Shown one piece after another: positions 20,172-30,339 of a stretch of 64,000 nt of DNA. The position numbers were made by a program, and so were the translations under genes. Source of the stretch: an uncultured delta proteobacterium (GTDB lineage: Bacteria > Desulfobacterota > RBG-13-43-22); NCBI GenBank assembly GCA_963711835.1, contig CAVQFQ010000017.1, positions 192,001 to 256,000 on the forward strand. Reading direction: 5' to 3'. Numbering within the stretch: position 1 is the stretch's first letter; each line of letters begins with the position of its first letter. The notes under the pieces were generated by a model. The model saw only the letters and a program-made list of their open reading frames with translations, had not been told where the DNA came from and did no database searches.

Positions 20172-21017
20172 ATGGAAACCGTCGTTATTGAAGGGGTAAC
20201 CCTCTATTTGAGCCATCCGGATGTCCTGACCATCGAATGGGTCGGCCAGCAGGATTTAATTGATCAGGTCCTGGCAGCCTGGCTGGTAGTCGAGGAAAGG
20301 GACCTCCCCTTACATCCCCGTCTTATCGGCAAACCGGGAGTAGGCAAAACCACCCTGGCCTATGCCGCGGCCCGCCGTTTGGACCGGGAGATTTATTTTT
20401 TTCAGGCCACCATGGACACCCGGCCGGAGGACCTGATCATCACCCCGGTCATTGCCGAGCAGGGGAAGATCCGCTATATGGCCAGCTCCCTGGTGACGGC
20501 CATGATCAAGGGCGGGGTCCTGATTCTGGATGAAGGCAATCGGATGAGCGAAAAGAGCTGGGCCTCTCTGGCTCCCCTGCTGGACAACCGCCGTTATGTG
20601 GAGTCGATTGTCACCGGCGTCAAGATCCCGGCCCAGCCCGAATTCCGCTTTTGCGCCACCATGAACGACGACGCCAGCACCTTTGAACTGCCGGAATATA
20701 TCCATTCCCGCCTCCAGCCCCAGATCTTCATCGATTTTCCGGAACCGGAGGAAGAGCGCCTTATTCTGAAAAAAAATCTCCCCTTCGCCTCGGAGGACAT
20801 TTTGGATTATGTGGTCCACTTCCTCCAACAGGCCCACCTGGTCCATGAACGCTTTACGGTCCGGGACGGCATCAATGTGGCCCGCTATGCCATCAAGCTT
20901 CTCGAGGAAAAGAAAATTCTCAGGAAGGTTCTCGGAGAAGACCGAATGGTCCGGTCCCTGAAGCTGTCGATTGAGATGATCCTGGGAGAGAAGGCCCTGA
21001 TCTATTTCCGGTTTTAA
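20172..21017 (+). CDS. MoxR-family AAA+ ATPase (CbbQ/NirQ/YehL-like)
   Basis: Walker A GKPGVGKT, Walker B LILDEGNR, sensor-1 ATMN. Confidence 0.9.
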   Translation: METVVIEGVTLYLSHPDVLTIEWVGQQDLIDQVLAAWLVVEERDLPLHPRLIGKPGVGKTTLAYAAARRLDREIYFFQATMDTRPEDLIITPVIAEQGKIRYMASSLVTAMIKGGVLILDEGNRMSEKSWASLAPLLDNRRYVESIVTGVKIPAQPEFRFCATMNDDASTFELPEYIHSRLQPQIFIDFPEPEEERLILKKNLPFASEDILDYVVHFLQQAHLVHERFTVRDGINVARYAIKLLEEKKILRKVLGEDRMVRSLKLSIEMILGEKALIYFRF

Positions 21018-21024
21018 AGGTTTC

Positions 21025-21093
21025 ATCAAGATAATCCCTTGGTCCCTTTCCATCGCTTATCAGAAATATAAGGCCACAACTTTTGAACGATAC
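21025..21093 (+). repeat. Right-end fragment of the MITE-like element
   Basis: ATCAAGA..GGTCCCTTTCCATCG..TATCAGAAATATAAGGCCACAACTTTTGAACGATAC resembles 26853-26916. Confidence 0.65.
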
Positions 21094-21212
21094 AAATCCC
21101 TCACCCTTTCGATGGGCAGCCGGTCCTATTTGGGAAAGGGGAAGGAGGAAACATGACCCCTGTGATAAGATCCACGGTGCCTGCAAGATAAAATAGGAAA
21201 GGGAATGTTACC

Positions 21213-22661
21213 ATGGCCAACTATGATTATGACATGGGAATCATTGGAGGGGGGGCAGCGGGCCTGACCGTAGCCTCGGGAGCCGCTCAGTTGGGGGCCA
21301 AAACGCTCCTGGTGGAAAAGGAGAAGGAGCTGGGTGGGGATTGCCTGCACTATGGCTGCGTGCCCAGCAAGACGTTGATCCGAACAGCCCAGGTCTATCA
21401 TCTCCTGAAAAATGCGAAAGCCTACGGACTTCCTCCGGTGGAGGTGCCGCCTGTGGATTACGGCGAGATCAGGAAAAGGATCCAGTCGGTTATCGGCACC
21501 ATACAGAAACATGATTCTGAAGAGCGATTCTGCGGGCTTGGCGCCAAGGTAGAATTTGGGAACCCGTTATTCGTGGACGAACACGCCATCCGGCTTAATG
21601 GCGCCACCTATTCGGCCAAGAACTGGGTCATCGCCAGCGGCTCTTCGCCGGGGATCCCCCGCCTGGAAGGCCTGGACCGTACTCCCCACATCACCAACAA
21701 GGAGATCTTTTCTCTTGATCATCTCCCGAAGTCCATGATCATTTTAGGCGCCGGCCCCATGGCGATCGAAATGGCCCAGGCCTTCTGCCGCCTGGGGACC
21801 AAAGTGGCGCTGATACAGCGGAGCGGGCAGATCCTCACCAAAGAGGATAAAGATTTGGCTGATGAGGTGATGCGGGTCCTGGGTTCCGAAGGAGTCGCTT
21901 TCTATCTGAACGCCTCGGTGGTCTCCACCCGGGACCTGGGAAATGAACGGGAAGTGGTCATCAAGAATGAAACCGGCCAGGAGATTCGACTGGCGGCGGA
22001 GCAGATGCTGGTGGCCATGGGCAGGGACCCCAACCTCCAAGGGCTCGGTCTTGATCAAATCGGGGTGGTCTTTGATCGAAAGGGGTTGCAGGTGGACGAG
22101 CGATTACGGACTACCCAGAAACACATTTACGGCGCCGGCGATGTGACCGGGGCCTTTCAGTTCACCCATGCGGCAGGCTATGAGGGCGGGATCGTAATCA
22201 GTAATGCTATCTTCCATCTGCCAAGAAAGGCCGATTACACTTTCATACCCTGGTGCACCTTCACCGATCCGGAACTGGCCAGCATTGGAATGAACGAAAA
22301 GAGGGCCAAAGAAGCCGGCCTGGAGTACAGCGTCTGGACGGAAGCCTTCCTCGGCAATGATCGCAGCCTGGCGGAAGGGGAGAAAGTGGGCCGGATCAAG
22401 ATGATCCTGGACAAACACGAGAAACCTTTGGGCGTTCAGATTCTTGGCCCTCAAGCCGGGGAGTTGCTGAGCGAATGGGTGGCCGTATTAAACGGCAAGG
22501 TCAAGCTTTCCACTCTGGCCTCGGCAGTGCATCCCTATCCCACCCTGGGAGAGATTAACAAGCGGGTGGCCGGCACCTTCTTATCGCCGAAAATATTCTC
22601 GGACCGGATGAGGAAAGGACTCACCTTCTTTTTTCATTTAAAAGGGCGGGCTTGCGGATAA
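21213..22661 (+). CDS. Pyridine nucleotide-disulfide oxidoreductase (dihydrolipoamide dehydrogenase/MerA-like family)
   Basis: GGGAAG, GGDCLHYGCVPSK redox disulfide, GAGD, HPYPT..E; no C-terminal CC pair of MerA. Confidence 0.9.
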   Translation: MANYDYDMGIIGGGAAGLTVASGAAQLGAKTLLVEKEKELGGDCLHYGCVPSKTLIRTAQVYHLLKNAKAYGLPPVEVPPVDYGEIRKRIQSVIGTIQKHDSEERFCGLGAKVEFGNPLFVDEHAIRLNGATYSAKNWVIASGSSPGIPRLEGLDRTPHITNKEIFSLDHLPKSMIILGAGPMAIEMAQAFCRLGTKVALIQRSGQILTKEDKDLADEVMRVLGSEGVAFYLNASVVSTRDLGNEREVVIKNETGQEIRLAAEQMLVAMGRDPNLQGLGLDQIGVVFDRKGLQVDERLRTTQKHIYGAGDVTGAFQFTHAAGYEGGIVISNAIFHLPRKADYTFIPWCTFTDPELASIGMNEKRAKEAGLEYSVWTEAFLGNDRSLAEGEKVGRIKMILDKHEKPLGVQILGPQAGELLSEWVAVLNGKVKLSTLASAVHPYPTLGEINKRVAGTFLSPKIFSDRMRKGLTFFFHLKGRACG

Positions 22662-22737
22662 AAGAAGACCGGGAAGGGGATGGCCCCGCCGGAGGGGATG
22701 ACTCAGAAAACATCATATTAAGGGAGGAGGTCGGCAA

Positions 22738-23238
22738 ATGAAATTAGCTATGGTGGGTCTGGGTCGAATGGGCATGAATATGGCCCGGCGGCTGCTGCAG
22801 GGAGGACACGAAGTGGTGGCTTACAACCGGACGCCCCAAAAAACGGATGAATTAGCCAAGGAAGGGGCCCTGCCGGCCCACACGCTCTCGGAAGTGGTGA
22901 AAAAACTCCCCGCGCCGCGGATCATCTGGATCATGCTGCCTGCCGGGACCGCGGTGGATGACCATCTGGTCCAGCTCAAGGAGATCCTCTCGCCCGGTGA
23001 CATCATGATTGACGGTGGAAACACCTACTTCAAGGATGATATCCGGCGTGCAGAATCTCTATCGGAAAAAGAAATATCCTTTCTGGACGTCGGGGTCAGT
23101 GGCGGCATCTGGGGCCTTGAATTAGGCTACTGTCTCATGATCGGGGGGACCAGAGCCGCCTATGAAAAATTGGAGCCCCTGTTCAAGGAAGACAATTTGA
23201 CATCGGTCTCTATGGGCCAATGCTTCTCGAACCTCTAA
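22738..23238 (+). pseudogene. gnd: 3'-truncated 6-phosphogluconate dehydrogenase (short YqeC type); only the NAD(P)-binding domain remains
   Basis: GLGRMGMNMA, IDGGN, DVGVSGGIWG; similarity stops at about LEPLFK (aa 150); GHFVKMVHN is absent. Confidence 0.8.
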
Positions 23239-23828
23239 CGGTTTTCCCGTTCCTTCAACCGCTTTTCCATCTCCTGCAGCAATGGTCCGCCTTCCCTCCA
23301 GAGCCGGCAACTGTTGACCAGCAGAGGGAGGCCTTCGAATTCTTCCCTGGTCTTGGGGATAGGACGCGGATCCCGGGTCTGCTGGGCCCAGAAGCCATGC
23401 AGGGCAGCCGGCCCCATGGCCAGAATCAAATGGGTCATATGGCTGCAGCCTTCTATCCCTCCGAGTTTTTTCCTTATCTCATCGCTGAAGCCGGCTGTAA
23501 TAGAAATGCCAACCACCTTTTTTACGGTATCCTGCACGGTTGGGCATTGATCATGGGGCACCTGCCGCATCTCCGCCTCGGCATCCAGAATAGTCAAAGG
23601 CCAGTTGCCGATCAGGAGGCGGACGCACATCCAATGGACCACCCCCGAAGGCCTTTCCTTGCCTTCCCAGGTATAGCCGGGCATCAGCCGTTCGTCCCTT
23701 AACCAGCCTTCGATAATGACCTGGTTATTTTCCAAGGGATAGGTTTTTATCTCAATGCGTCGCTCATGGACCGGCGCTTCCCGGATCAACGCTTGTATCC
23801 GGCTCGGGGTATTCCCTTTTTTGTCCAT
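23235..23828 (-). CDS. DUF2889-type protein
   Basis: VHERRIE, VHWM, VPHDQCP and GGIEGCSHM..NSC motifs. Confidence 0.75.
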   Translation of the reverse strand: MDKKGNTPSRIQALIREAPVHERRIEIKTYPLENNQVIIEGWLRDERLMPGYTWEGKERPSGVVHWMCVRLLIGNWPLTILDAEAEMRQVPHDQCPTVQDTVKKVVGISITAGFSDEIRKKLGGIEGCSHMTHLILAMGPAALHGFWAQQTRDPRPIPKTREEFEGLPLLVNSCRLWREGGPLLQEMEKRLKERENR

Positions 23829-23889
23829 TAAGAATTTTCCTTTAAATTGGGGCCGATTTATCAAAGACAGGATTTTCTAAAGGAGGTGA

Positions 23890-24552
23890 TTATTCTTGAG
23901 GCGGGATGGTATGGCGGATCATCTTGCCTTCGGTCATATAGACCACCATTTCGGCGATGTTGGTGGCATGGTCGGCAATCCGCTCCAGGTATTTGGAAAT
24001 ATAGGTGATCTTGATGGCTCGGCTGATGGTGGTGTTGTCCTTGAGCATGAATAGAAGCAGTTCGTTAAAAATTTGGACGGTCAATTGGTCCACTTCATCA
24101 TCCCGATTAATGACCTCATAGGCCAGGGCCGGGTTTCGATTCAGAAAGGCCTCCAGGACATCGCGGAGCATTCCCTGGGCGATTTCAGCCATCCGGGGAA
24201 TATCCATATAGGGCTTAAGCTGGGGTTCCTGATTCAGCTCCAAGGCCCGTTCGCAGATATCCACCGCATAGTCACCCATCCGTTCCAGGTCGGTGGTGAT
24301 CTTCATGGCCGTGGTGATGAATCGCAAATCTCCGGCCGTGGGCTGGCGTAAGGCCAACAGCCGGATACACTCCTCATCGATCTCAACATCAAAGGTATTG
24401 ATCCGGGCGTCCTGGTCGATAACCTCGCGGGCCAATTCGCTGTCCCGCTCCCGGAGGGATTCTATAGAACGGCCGATGGCCTCTTCCACCAGGGATCCCA
24501 ACTTGAGGATTTTCACCCTGAGTTCCAGCAGTTCGTCTTCAAAAATGGTCAT
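23890..24552 (-). CDS. phoU: Phosphate signalling protein PhoU
   Basis: RQPTAGDLR, DLERMGD and YLERIADHATNIAE; AGGAGG RBS before MTIFEDEL. Confidence 0.95.
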   Translation of the reverse strand: MTIFEDELLELRVKILKLGSLVEEAIGRSIESLRERDSELAREVIDQDARINTFDVEIDEECIRLLALRQPTAGDLRFITTAMKITTDLERMGDYAVDICERALELNQEPQLKPYMDIPRMAEIAQGMLRDVLEAFLNRNPALAYEVINRDDEVDQLTVQIFNELLLFMLKDNTTISRAIKITYISKYLERIADHATNIAEMVVYMTEGKMIRHTIPPQE

Positions 24553-24744
24553 TTTTTGTTTCCTCCTGGGGACAAGCATCTTCCCGGGTTGGATTGGGAA
24601 GAGGGGCCGGCTGCCTATAAATTTCGCAATGCTTAGGATTATAGGCTAATAAAGCCCCATATTCAATAATAACTTGGCCCGGCGGTCTTTTTTTAATCAC
24701 CACCTCCCCATGAGGCCGGTTGTGTCCGCCCCCGGCCCCATGGT

Positions 24745-26592
24745 ATGATCCGGGGCATGAGAGAAAATCCCTTTCAATTCCAAAACCTCCGCCTGGTCCC
24801 CATTCTTCACAATCGTCTGGAGTTTGCCATAGAGGTCTTCCGGCAATTTTCGGAATTCAACCCGGAGGCCGTAGCCCTGGAACTGCCTGTGACCTTGAGA
24901 GAACAGATAAGTGAGGCTGTTAAAAGACTTCCTTATTTGTCGGTGATTGTCTATCCGGAGAAATCAGGCCGGCAGGTCTATCTCCCCATTGAAACGGTAG
25001 ATGGAATCATGGAGGGTCTCCGGCTGGGAATGGAAAACAACCGGCCCCTTTATTTTATAGATCGGGACACCGAGGGCTATGCCCGGCATTTCGAGCCCAT
25101 GCCGGATCCCTATGCCATTACCCGGGTGGGCTATCAGGCTTACTGCCTGGCCTATTTCAAGGAAAGGGGCAGGGAGACCCCGGAAATCGATGATCTGCTG
25201 CGGGAAAGGACTATGGCTTATCATCTGAAGAAGATGAACCTGGAATTCAAACGGGTCCTGGTAGTCTGCGGTCTGGCCCATTGGGCCGGCATTCTCCGGG
25301 AACTGGACAGAGGCCCCGAGCTGCCCTTCGGGCGGCAAAAACGGGCCGGGGTAGTGGTCGGCTTTCTTAAAGAAAGCTCCAGTCGGGAAATCCTGTCCGA
25401 GATGCCTTATCTCCAACAGAGGTACGAAGAAGAAAGGGACCTTTGTCTGGTTGAAGGAAAGACGTTCCGGCTGGACCGCCTGGAGGTCCAGGAGGAATTG
25501 CTGCAGCAGGCCAGGGAGCAGCATTTCAAGAACAGCCGTGAGAAGCTGGAGGCCTTCCAGATAGCCCTGATCACGAAATTCGCCGGAAACCTGGCCCTGA
25601 TTCAGGGCGGGCTGGCCCCTGATTTTTACCAACTTATGTTGGCTGCCCGAGGCGGGGTCAACGACAACTTCGCCTATGAGGTCTGGGATATCGGCTCGCG
25701 CTATCCCTTTCAGGAAAAGGATTCCAGGCTCCCGGAGATAGAAGTCAGCGGCGAGGATCTGAAGATCAATCAAAAAAAGGTTCGATTTTATCGCCATTTC
25801 CGCACCTTCCGGCGCCGGCTGGTCCCGGTTCCCGGCAAGCGCAGGCCGTCTCCGGCTGAAAAAGAGGAATTTAAAAAACACTGGAGCGGCCGGCATATCT
25901 GTTCCTTTCCTCCTGAGGATATCCGGGTCGAGGGCCTGGGCGATTATGTCAAGAAAAAGGTCCGCGGGGTTTTATCCCAGGAGCAGGTCCGGGTGGTGCC
26001 CTTCTCAACCTCCATGCTGGACGGGCTGGAGGTGCGGGAGACCCTGCGCCATCTGGTGGAAAGAAAGGTCTTTGTCAAGGAAGAGATCCGGGTTCGGGGC
26101 AGGGTAGGGTCGGTCGTCTTTATCTTGGACGAGGATGAAACGGAACTGGGGGCAGCCGAGCATTTTCCCTGGAAGCTCACCTGGCTGGGGGAGCACAACC
26201 AGGAGTCGGATATGGCCTTTTATGCCACGCCAGCGGGCGAGGAGGTAATCGGCCCGGGGATTTCCCGCTGCGAGTACGGCGGGTTCGTCCTCAGTTATCC
26301 ACCCTATCGGATGCTTGATGTCTGGCGGGACCGTTTTTTTGAGCAGGCCCGATCCAAGGCCGAGCGGCTCCTCCTGGCCGGGATCGATTACAGCGAGGAA
26401 CGCTTGGTGGCCTATATTGCTGCCAGGCCGCCCCGATCGTACTGCCAGACCTTTGCTCACAAGCTGAGGCGCAAAATTGTCTATCTCCCGATCGGCCAGT
26501 TTTCCCCGGTCCTCCTGAATAAGGTCCGCTTCTTCCACGTCCTGGAAGGCTACGAAACCCGCAACGTCGCCTCCTTTTATATTAGGAATTAA
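24745..26592 (+). CDS. Conserved hypothetical protein with TraB/Tiki/YehM-like N-terminal motifs
   Basis: VPILH, VALELP, FIDRD, RERTMA and VVCGLAHW pattern; 615 aa. Confidence 0.6.
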   Translation: MIRGMRENPFQFQNLRLVPILHNRLEFAIEVFRQFSEFNPEAVALELPVTLREQISEAVKRLPYLSVIVYPEKSGRQVYLPIETVDGIMEGLRLGMENNRPLYFIDRDTEGYARHFEPMPDPYAITRVGYQAYCLAYFKERGRETPEIDDLLRERTMAYHLKKMNLEFKRVLVVCGLAHWAGILRELDRGPELPFGRQKRAGVVVGFLKESSSREILSEMPYLQQRYEEERDLCLVEGKTFRLDRLEVQEELLQQAREQHFKNSREKLEAFQIALITKFAGNLALIQGGLAPDFYQLMLAARGGVNDNFAYEVWDIGSRYPFQEKDSRLPEIEVSGEDLKINQKKVRFYRHFRTFRRRLVPVPGKRRPSPAEKEEFKKHWSGRHICSFPPEDIRVEGLGDYVKKKVRGVLSQEQVRVVPFSTSMLDGLEVRETLRHLVERKVFVKEEIRVRGRVGSVVFILDEDETELGAAEHFPWKLTWLGEHNQESDMAFYATPAGEEVIGPGISRCEYGGFVLSYPPYRMLDVWRDRFFEQARSKAERLLLAGIDYSEERLVAYIAARPPRSYCQTFAHKLRRKIVYLPIGQFSPVLLNKVRFFHVLEGYETRNVASFYIRN

Positions 26593-26597
26593 ATTTT

Positions 26598-26916
26598 TAG
26601 TATCGTTCAAAAGTTTTGGCACGGGCGCATTATGGCCTGAAAGGGGACCGGGGGTCTTGATTTCAAGGCTTGTCCAAAGGGGGATTCTTCCCGCCAATCC
26701 GGCCCAGATTTCTAAGGTTGGTTTAGAGCCGGGCCTTCAGCCAACCGGACAAACAGCTTTGCTGAAGGCCTGCTTAAGGCATTATCGTCACCCTTCCAGC
26801 CCCGCTAAAAGCGGGATTTCAAGGTGGGGAGTTTATGGTGGACAACCTTGAAATCAAGACCCCCGGTCCTCTTTCATCGGGTATCAGTACTGTAATGCCC
26901 AAACTTTTGAACGATA
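26598..26916 (+). mobile_element. Full-length MITE-like nested-hairpin element (about 320 bp)
   Basis: Outer TIR TATCGTTCAAAAGTTTTGGCA/TGCCCAAACTTTTGAACGATA; inner 31-bp IR 26645-26676/26839-26869; internal stems; no coding capacity. Confidence 0.85.
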
Positions 26917-26951
26917 ACAAATTCTAAGCGCAAGTCCGGAGAGACCATTCA

Positions 26952-29900
26952 TCAAGTGACTTCTTTGGCCTTTTGCAGAGTGGTGAAGTAGAGGAAAAGG
27001 CGGATGCCGACAGGGGCCAGGGATTTGGTCTTGGCCAGCATTTCTTTGTAGGCCAGCAGTTGATCGCGATACAGGACGGCCTGCTGATCCATAAAATCCT
27101 CCAGCGCTGTCCCTTCGGGAAGCCGCCCGGTTTTGTAATCGACCAGAAGCCATTCCTTCCCATCAAAGACGATCCGGTCAATTACCCCGCTGCGGATGGT
27201 GTCCGTATCCAACCGATCTTCCAGGCCCCATTCGCTCGCTGCAAAGGGGAAATCGGATCCAAGGATAGTTAAGCAAAAGGATTCATTCCGGCAAGCGGCT
27301 ACTTCCTCCAAGAGATCGGCCGAGGTCATTGAGGCCGTTTCCCAATCAAGGCCTTCGGCTGTCAGGGCTTGAGCAACGGCCGCCGGGGTCGGCGGCTCTT
27401 TTCCCAAAGACAGGTCCTGAAAAATCCGATGGATGACGATACCCCGGGCCTTTCCCATGGGGTCTCTATAGGATTCATCAGGGGTTTCTTCCATCTCCCA
27501 GTCCGGGACAGCGGTTTCTTTATCACCTAATCCTGAGGGCCTGATGACCTGATAAGGAATCGGCTCGGGTTGGAAGGGCAGGGTATTGGGCTCTTTTTCA
27601 ATGAAGGGCGGTTCGGGTTTGGCCGTTTCCTCCATCACCTCCGGATCATAAAGGCGTTGTATTTGTTCTTGAGGGCTGGCCTGATTCAGAAGATAAAAGA
27701 GGAGAGAGTCTTTCTCAGCCTTTAATCCATCGGCCTCTTCGGAAACCAGGCCGCTCATCTGAAGGGCCGATTTGGCCCGGGTCAGGGCGACGTAATAAAG
27801 GCGTTTGGCCTCCCCAAGGGCGCGGGCCTTTTTCAGATTTTTTAAGAGACCATAAGTCCCCGGATCTTCTTTCGTCCTCCGGTCCGGTCTCAAGGCAATC
27901 AGATGCTCTTCCCGATTTCCCGGCAGCCGTTCCAGGAGATAGGGAGGATGGTCATAGTTTCCGCGCTCCAGGGGGTTTCGATCGCTGTGGGGGATAAAAA
28001 CGGAATCAAATTCCAACCCCTTGGCCCGGTGAACGGTCATGAGCTGAACCGCAGAGCGGTCGGAGAGGGGGTCGGGCGGGGCATAGGCCTTCCGGAGAAG
28101 AAGTTCCAGATGATGGAGGGTTTCCTCAGGAGCTCCCCGTTCGGCTTGAAAAATATAATCCAGGAACCGGCGGCAGTTGCGGACCCCGGACAAACCGTAG
28201 CGGGCCGCCGCCGCCTTAGGACCGGTCAAATCTTCCCAGGCCAGTTGAATCAAGCGAAAGACAGGCCGGCGGCCGACCAGGCCTTGATAATAATCAAGGA
28301 CCGATCCAAGCTGTTGGACGGACGGGGGAACCCCGGAATCCCCGAGCAAAGAGCCTGATCTTGTCCGAGAAGAGCGCAGCCGGGGTCTTGGCTATCTGAT
28401 GGAGCCTATCCAAACCCACCCAGCACCAATGGGATCGCAGCAAAGAAAGCCAGGACAAATCATCCTGGGGCCTTATCAAGGCCCGGGTAAGGGCCAGCAA
28501 GTCTTTCACCTCCGGCCTTTCCTGCAACAAGAGACCTTCCTGGACCTGAACCTGCAACCCCTGGGCATAGAGGCCCTGCAGGTAAATCGGCAGATGGGTC
28601 CGGGCAAAAAGCAATATGCCGACCGATCGGTCCGGATTTTCCTGAGTCGTTTGCCTGACTGCTCCGGCTAACCAGGCGGCTTCCTTCTGACGGGCCTGAA
28701 AAGGATTTCCTCGGCTGTTGAAGAGGGCCAGGCCGATCCTCCCCGGCTCCTTCCCGGCCATTTCCGGGGCGGCCTCGGACTCCCGGAAGAGGACTTCATC
28801 GGCTTCCGGATTGGGGTCGGCCATGATGGTTTTGGAGAAGAGTTCATTGACGAAATCAATCAGGAGCGGGCGGGAACGAAAATTGGTATCGACATAAATA
28901 GACCTTAAGGGCAGATAACCCTGACCCGGAAGGGGAAGACCGTCTTTGGCCTGGATAAAAAGAGAGACCTCGGCCTTTCGAAAGCCGTAAATGGATTGCT
29001 TGGGATCCCCGACGATAAAGAGGGTCCGTCCGTCCCCGGGAGACCAACCGGCACAAAGGAGCTGGAGCAGCCGCCATTGATTGTAACTGGTGTCCTGGAA
29101 TTCATCGACCAGGAGGTGATTGATTTTCTGATCCAGGATGAGCTGGATATCGCTGGGGGATTCCTCGTTTCCCATTACCCGAAGAGCACCCTGCTCCATC
29201 TCAACAAAATCGATGACGCCTCTCCGTTGGCAAAGGCGTTGATAGTGTTCGATAGCCAGACTGATTAATAGCATGAGGTCGAATAGAAGGGCACTGTCCC
29301 CGGGGGGGGTTTGAGGAAGAGGAAATTTGGTTATCCGGTCCAACCGGTTTCCCACCGTTTCGGGAAGCCGGGCAATCCGGTCCGCCCACTCGCCCTTACT
29401 GAAACCCTGGGGGAAGCCGGTCTTAGGGCCGTAATTTTTTCGAACCGCACCGGCCTTGGTCAGGAAGGTCTGGGCCAGGGTCTGCCAGCGGGGCAGGTCC
29501 GCCCAGGTCGTTTCCGGTAGAACCGGCGGCAGTTCGTCGGCAACTGCAGCCTGCTGATCCCTGAGACTGGAATAAAATCCCGGCCAATTCTGACCCAAAT
29601 CGGTTGCGGACAAACGCTGCCGCAATTCACCCAGATAAAAACCGACCAGTTTCCCAAGGTGATCCTTCAAGACCCGGTCAAGATGCTCCAGATCCCGATA
29701 ACGGGTGACTTCATAGACCAGGTCGGAGAGCAAATCCCGTTGAGCCACTAATCGGCCCAAATCGTCGACCAGGGAATCCCAGCGGTTGTTCATGGCTAAG
29801 AGATACCGTTCCAGGGCCTGCCGGCTTGGGTCGGCCGAGGGGAGGATTCGCAGAGACTGATAGGTTTGTTCGATGGCCTTATGGATGAGATCCGGTTGTT

Positions 29901-30339
29901 CCTCTTCGGAAAGGGGCGTCGCTTCAAGAGGGACCTTAGCTTCGGCCGGGGCCTGCCGGTTCAGTCGGGCGCAAAATTTATGGAAGGTCATGACCTGAAG
30001 GCCATCCGGGGTTTGGAAGAGATAGCGATGTCGGGCGTGCTTTTTGAGGGCTTGGCGGGCTGCCGGGAGCAAGGCCTGCATCCAGGGAGAATCTCCCGAA
30101 TCGCCTTTTTCCGCCTGCTGAAGGAGGCTCCGAATCCTTTCCACCATTTCATTGGCGGCTTTGTTGGTAAAGGTCAGGGCCAGTATCTCCCCGGGATGGC
30201 GGACCAAAGTTAGAAGATGGATAAAACGGGCTGTCAGCAGCGAGGTCTTTCCGGCCCCGGCCGGAGATTCCACATGAAAGCTTTCTTCAGGGGAAAGGGC
30301 CTGCTGGCGCTGAGCAAAATCCGACGGCAGGTTAGGCAT
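26952..30339 (-). CDS. addA: AddA-type UvrD helicase-nuclease, split by a +1 frameshift in a G4 tract (about 28340)
   Basis: SPAGAGKT, TFTNKAA, VDEFQDT, VGDPKQSIYGFR, MTVHRAKGLEFD, YVALTRA; nuclease IDR..VDYKT. Confidence 0.9.

Noticed and set aside
21213-22661. Mercuric reductase merA
   Set aside because: No C-terminal Cys-Cys pair, no NmerA domain and no mer genes nearby.
26657-26851. Near-identical short ORFs at 26657 and 58361 (MISRLVQRGILPANPAQIS...)
   Set aside because: They are translations of the repeat element; no RBS, different ends, no transposase motifs.
28330-28350. Programmed frameshift or phase variation in addA
   Set aside because: The tract is only G4, with no slippery heptamer; a sequencing indel is more parsimonious.
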